64,000 bases of DNA from NCBI GenBank assembly GCA_013239625.1, contig MU053561.1:4943214-5007213 (forward strand), given 5' to 3'. Source of the stretch: Lama guanicoe (Eukaryota). Below the pieces are notes generated by a model. That model searched no databases. It had not been told where the DNA came from and saw only the letters and a list, made by a program, of their open reading frames with translations. The position numbers and the translations under genes are program-made. Positions 60,101 to 64,000 of this stretch are shown one piece after another (the first letter of the stretch is position 1; each line of letters begins with the position of its first letter).

Positions 60101-63100
60101 CGGGGTGGGGGACAAGAGAGGTGCTGCTTCAGCCCCTCCCCCACAGGCTAGCCCTCCCCAGAGCCCTCCAGAGCCCTTGCGGGGAGAGATGGGCCTAGAA
60201 CAGCACTGGCCTGGGGCTCCTTCCCCACGGGACTGAGTGTGTCCACTCCCTCTGAGAGCCTCTGGTTGATCCACATCTCTGTAGTGACACATTAGACCAT
60301 GTGCTCGGAACAGCCCAGCTTCCAGAGGGAGAAAAACAGCTCTAGCAGTGTACCATGAAAACACGATAAGCATTTCCCTTCTTGAGAAGTTGGGGGCAGG
60401 CTGGCTTTGTGACTTGAGGCACCCGCTTGAAAATGCCTCCCCTACGTTGTCAGAAATCATCCCCAGCTGAGTCACTCCCCAAGGGCCCTGCCAGCGTGAC
60501 ACTCCGAGGGGCCCTCCCCACCACCTCCCAAGACCAGCACATCAGACTAGCTGAGAGTTAGCTGGAAAGTGAAGAAGCAGGAAGAAAGCAAACAGAACAG
60601 ACAAGTTTTGAGTGCCCAGAAGGCAGTGGGGAAAGGGCAGTGTCATTAGGGAAAATTCTGGAGCTGGCAAGCTATCCTGGGAGGCAGACCCTCCATAGGT
60701 ATTTTGAAGGTGGGAGTTAGGACTCTGAAGTGGCTTTTAAGGGGAAAAACATGGGACCAAACTTTCTTCTTGCTTCTGGGCCATTTTTGGTAGATTTGGG
60801 AAGAACAGGGGGCCAGGGGAAAAGGCAGGCAATGAGTGCATTTGTAATTCCAATTCTTGCTGACAGGACCTTTTTTTTTTTTTGTATTAGTAAATCCTAT
60901 CCAAGACTGGGCAGACACCCAGCTCTCTTCAGGGAGTGAGTGTTCCCTAAGGAAAAATATTCCCCCAACACAACTGGGGCCATGTTTACCAGAGAAGCTC
61001 TGGCTGAGCAACTGTTTTCTCTTGCGTGAGAGAGGAAGGGAGAATCTCAGCAGGGTCCCCTGGTCACCCTGGGTCTGGCCAGCTGGAGCCAGCCTGGGCC
61101 TCCCTGGGCCAGACCTCAGCAGCCCTGCACATGCACGTGTGGGCGTGTACACACACACACACACACAGACACGCTGCACCCCTCAGGCACTGGGGACCTG
61201 GCAAGGAGCTTGTTCCCACTCAATCTTGCTTGATTGGCTTTGTCATTTCCCCTCCCAGAGGACTCCAGTCCCCCAGAGAGGGACACCTCTTGCTTGCCCT
61301 AAGAAACTGCATTTGGAAGAGAAAAATCTTATATTCCTACATTGGTGACTGTCATGCGCCCTCACTCTTCCAGTTCAAGCTGTCCCCCACATGTTGCCAA
61401 GGGAGGGTGAGAATTATCTCTTCACTCGTGGGGAAGCTGAGGCACTGATGAGGGAGCAGGACTGTTCAAGGTCACACAGGCAGTTCTGGGCTGTCAGTCA
61501 GGGTCCATGAGGCCTCTGCAAGGCATTTAGTAGACACCTGGCAGCCCACAAGAACCTGCAAGTAAGCTGGACTTGGGGTCAGAAGACCAGAGTTTGAATC
61601 CTGCCTCTGCTGTGTGACCCTAGACAAATCACATCACCTCTCTGTTTCCTCATTAGTAAAATACAGAAAATAACATGTATTTTACAAGGTGGAGGTGAAA
61701 TATCAATGAGAAAGTGCCTCCAGAGGTTCTTACTACAGTTTTTTGCTCCTGATTCTAGCAACAGTAATACCTGGCATGTTTACAGAGCATGCTCCAAGTA
61801 CATTATCTCATTTAACCCTTGTGACATCATACGAAATCAGCATTTCAATTTTATACATGAGGCAGACTGAGGAAATTCCCTGGAGTCAGTTTGAAAGCAA
61901 TAGAATGGAGAACCAAAACTCAGATCATTTTTCTTTAAAAGCTGTACAACTCTATTATATTTTACCCTTCCTTGCCTCAAGGAAAAGCATTATATTCTTG
62001 TTTTAGATATTTTGGAAAATACAGACAACCACAAAAAAAAAGAGAGAAAGAGAAAGAAATACAATTCACTATAAGCCCATTATCCTGAGATAACCCCCAT
62101 TAACATTTTGATGAAATCCAGAATCTTCCTATTACTTAGAAAAATCACACAATGCAGTGAGGGGCAGGAGTGCTCTGGAGACTGAGATGGTTGATGCATT
62201 GGCTAGGTTAGGCCTGGAAGTTTCTGGGATTAAGTGATTCTGGAAGAATGCTGAAAGGAAGGGAAGGGTGTGATGTGGAGAACAGGAGGGAGGAGACTGC
62301 TGGGCGAGCAGGGCCGAGGCTCAGAGGTGGGGTAGTGAGGACAAGCTCAGGAATCTGGTGCACCCGAGGCTTGCCTTCTCACTGGGGACCACAGTCACGG
62401 CTCATCCATTATCAGTGGATCCCTGAGTTCCCTGAGACAGAAGGAGTGGCCTCTTCTTCCTAGCCAATGAGGCTGACATCCTGGAAGACCCTCTGGGGAG
62501 CCCTATAACCTCACAGTGACCAGTAGACCTATTCCTGGGGGCCTGGAGTGACCCTGGGGACATCACCTGTCCCTCTTTAGCCAGTTGGCTTCCCAGTGGG
62601 CAGAGCAGCAGGGACAGCTTCAACTAACGCCCTGCCTCAGGTGTGGGAAGTGTGGTCTGGCATGGCTCTAACCCTACCAGGGCAGCACTGGGCCACTCCG
62701 AGAAACCCATCAGCAGCTCTGGGTGTCTCCTCAACGTGCAGGACTAGGTCCCAGCCAGTCAGGCCCTCCTCACCGATCCCTGGGTCCAGACTGCTCATGG
62801 TGCGAGTGCCCCAGGGGCAGGGACCTCGTCTTGTCATTATAAGAATATTACTAACAAGCCCACATTGCCCTCATATAGCACTACTGAACCTACAGAACCC
62901 TTTTGCACACACTGTCTCGTTCAATCCTCAGCAAGTCTTTGTAGGGACATTATCCCAATTCTGCAGAGAAAATTAAGCCAAGACAGAGTGAATTGCCTGA
63001 AGGTTGCACAGCAAGTACTAAAAACTTTCATTTATTTTTGTCTGTCACTTTGGGTAGACCCAAAAAGGATTTAGTTAGCTCACAAAACCTATAACATGAT

Positions 63101-64000
63101 TAAAAATAAATGTACAACATCAGACAAATGTGGCAAAAGGAGGAATGAAAGAAAGTCAAATGGAGTCCAGAGAGGCTGTTACCCAGCACGTAGGCCCTGC
63201 CACCCCAATGCTGCCTGGAGCAGATTCACGCTTGCCTCAAAGCATTCCAGCAGCTCTGTGAGAAGGGAAGCCTCGTCACAGAATTCTGTGTCCATGAAAT
63301 AAACACACACCAAATGCTTGGGAAAAACAAAGCTAGTCCTGCTCCTAGGACGGGGGCGGGGGGGGGGGTTGTGCACAACATCACAGGGGCAGCTCAGAGC
63401 ATGGTCTTTGAATTCCAAAACCTCATGAACACCTCTCAGCTTCCGTTTCTTTGCAAAGTGAGGGTAATCATAAGACCTCGTTCATAAGTTTGTTGTGACA
63501 CATAAATAAGGCTCTTTTGAAAAAGATTTCTAAAAACGAGTAACTGAGATAACAGACATAAAGCCCTGTCACACACTACTTAACCAGGACTCCAGGAGCA
63601 GTAGAGGAAACCAAAACGTTGGGTAATGAGGGTAGCGGGTATGATTCCCAATGAGAGACTTTCAGAAAACCAAGCTGGTTTGGCACAGTGGTTGAGAGGG
63701 AGGACCCTGGGGTCTGGCTGCGTGGGTTTGAGCCACATCTCCCTCCTCTTTAGAGAAGTGGACTGGTTAACATCTTTGTGAATATCTCTGCGCTTGCTTC
63801 TTCATCTGTAAAATGTGGGTGAGAATACTCCCTACTCCGTAAACACAGAGCTCTTAGCCAAGTGCCCGGCACACAGCAAGCGCTCAGTGAAGGCGAGCCA
63901 TGAGCAGTATCTTGCAGGCTCCTCCTGGTCCTCGTCCTCATTGAGGGAGACGCAGGAGTCTCTGGAATCCAGGGCTCTCGACTTCCCACCGCCACCATCG

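Larger units (their letters stand above)
46912..64000 (+). other. SYT6: SYT6 intron 3 (partial); C2B-encoding exons not in window
   Basis: GTGAGT donor at 46912. No C2B-like peptide (expected to start about ESVDLGEIMFSLCYLP) appears in the ORF track or on reading the remaining sequence. Confidence 0.85.

Overview
Mammalian genomic DNA, most likely a camelid judging from the tRNA-derived SINE with an AAATAAACCTAATTACC(T)CCCC tail and the artiodactyl-type L1 3' ends. Positions 1 to ~31.6 kb are gene-free and repeat-rich (L1, L2, MIR, MaLR, an ERV1 solo LTR, SINEs). A CpG island at ~31.7-35.2 kb holds the 5' end of synaptotagmin-6 (SYT6, + strand). Coding exons 1-3 are 33576-33738, 44487-44835 and 46353-46911. 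They splice in frame to 357 codons covering the luminal Cys motif, the TM helix, the linker and the C2A domain. The C2B exons lie beyond the window. I found no new gene system. The most interesting signals cluster on how membrane-anchored versus TM-less SYT6 is produced: (i) a TATA-driven, ATG-free alternative first exon; (ii) a strong cryptic 3' splice site inside the TM-coding sequence, next to a weak canonical acceptor; (iii) ATA (Ile) where the human protein, as I recall it, has the Met86 that starts the TM-less isoform; (iv) a 188-bp nested quasi-palindrome between the two first exons; (v) an RE1/REST site and paired RFX X-boxes upstream. Repeat family names and human comparisons are from memory, not from database searches. 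Most repeat boundaries are approximate.
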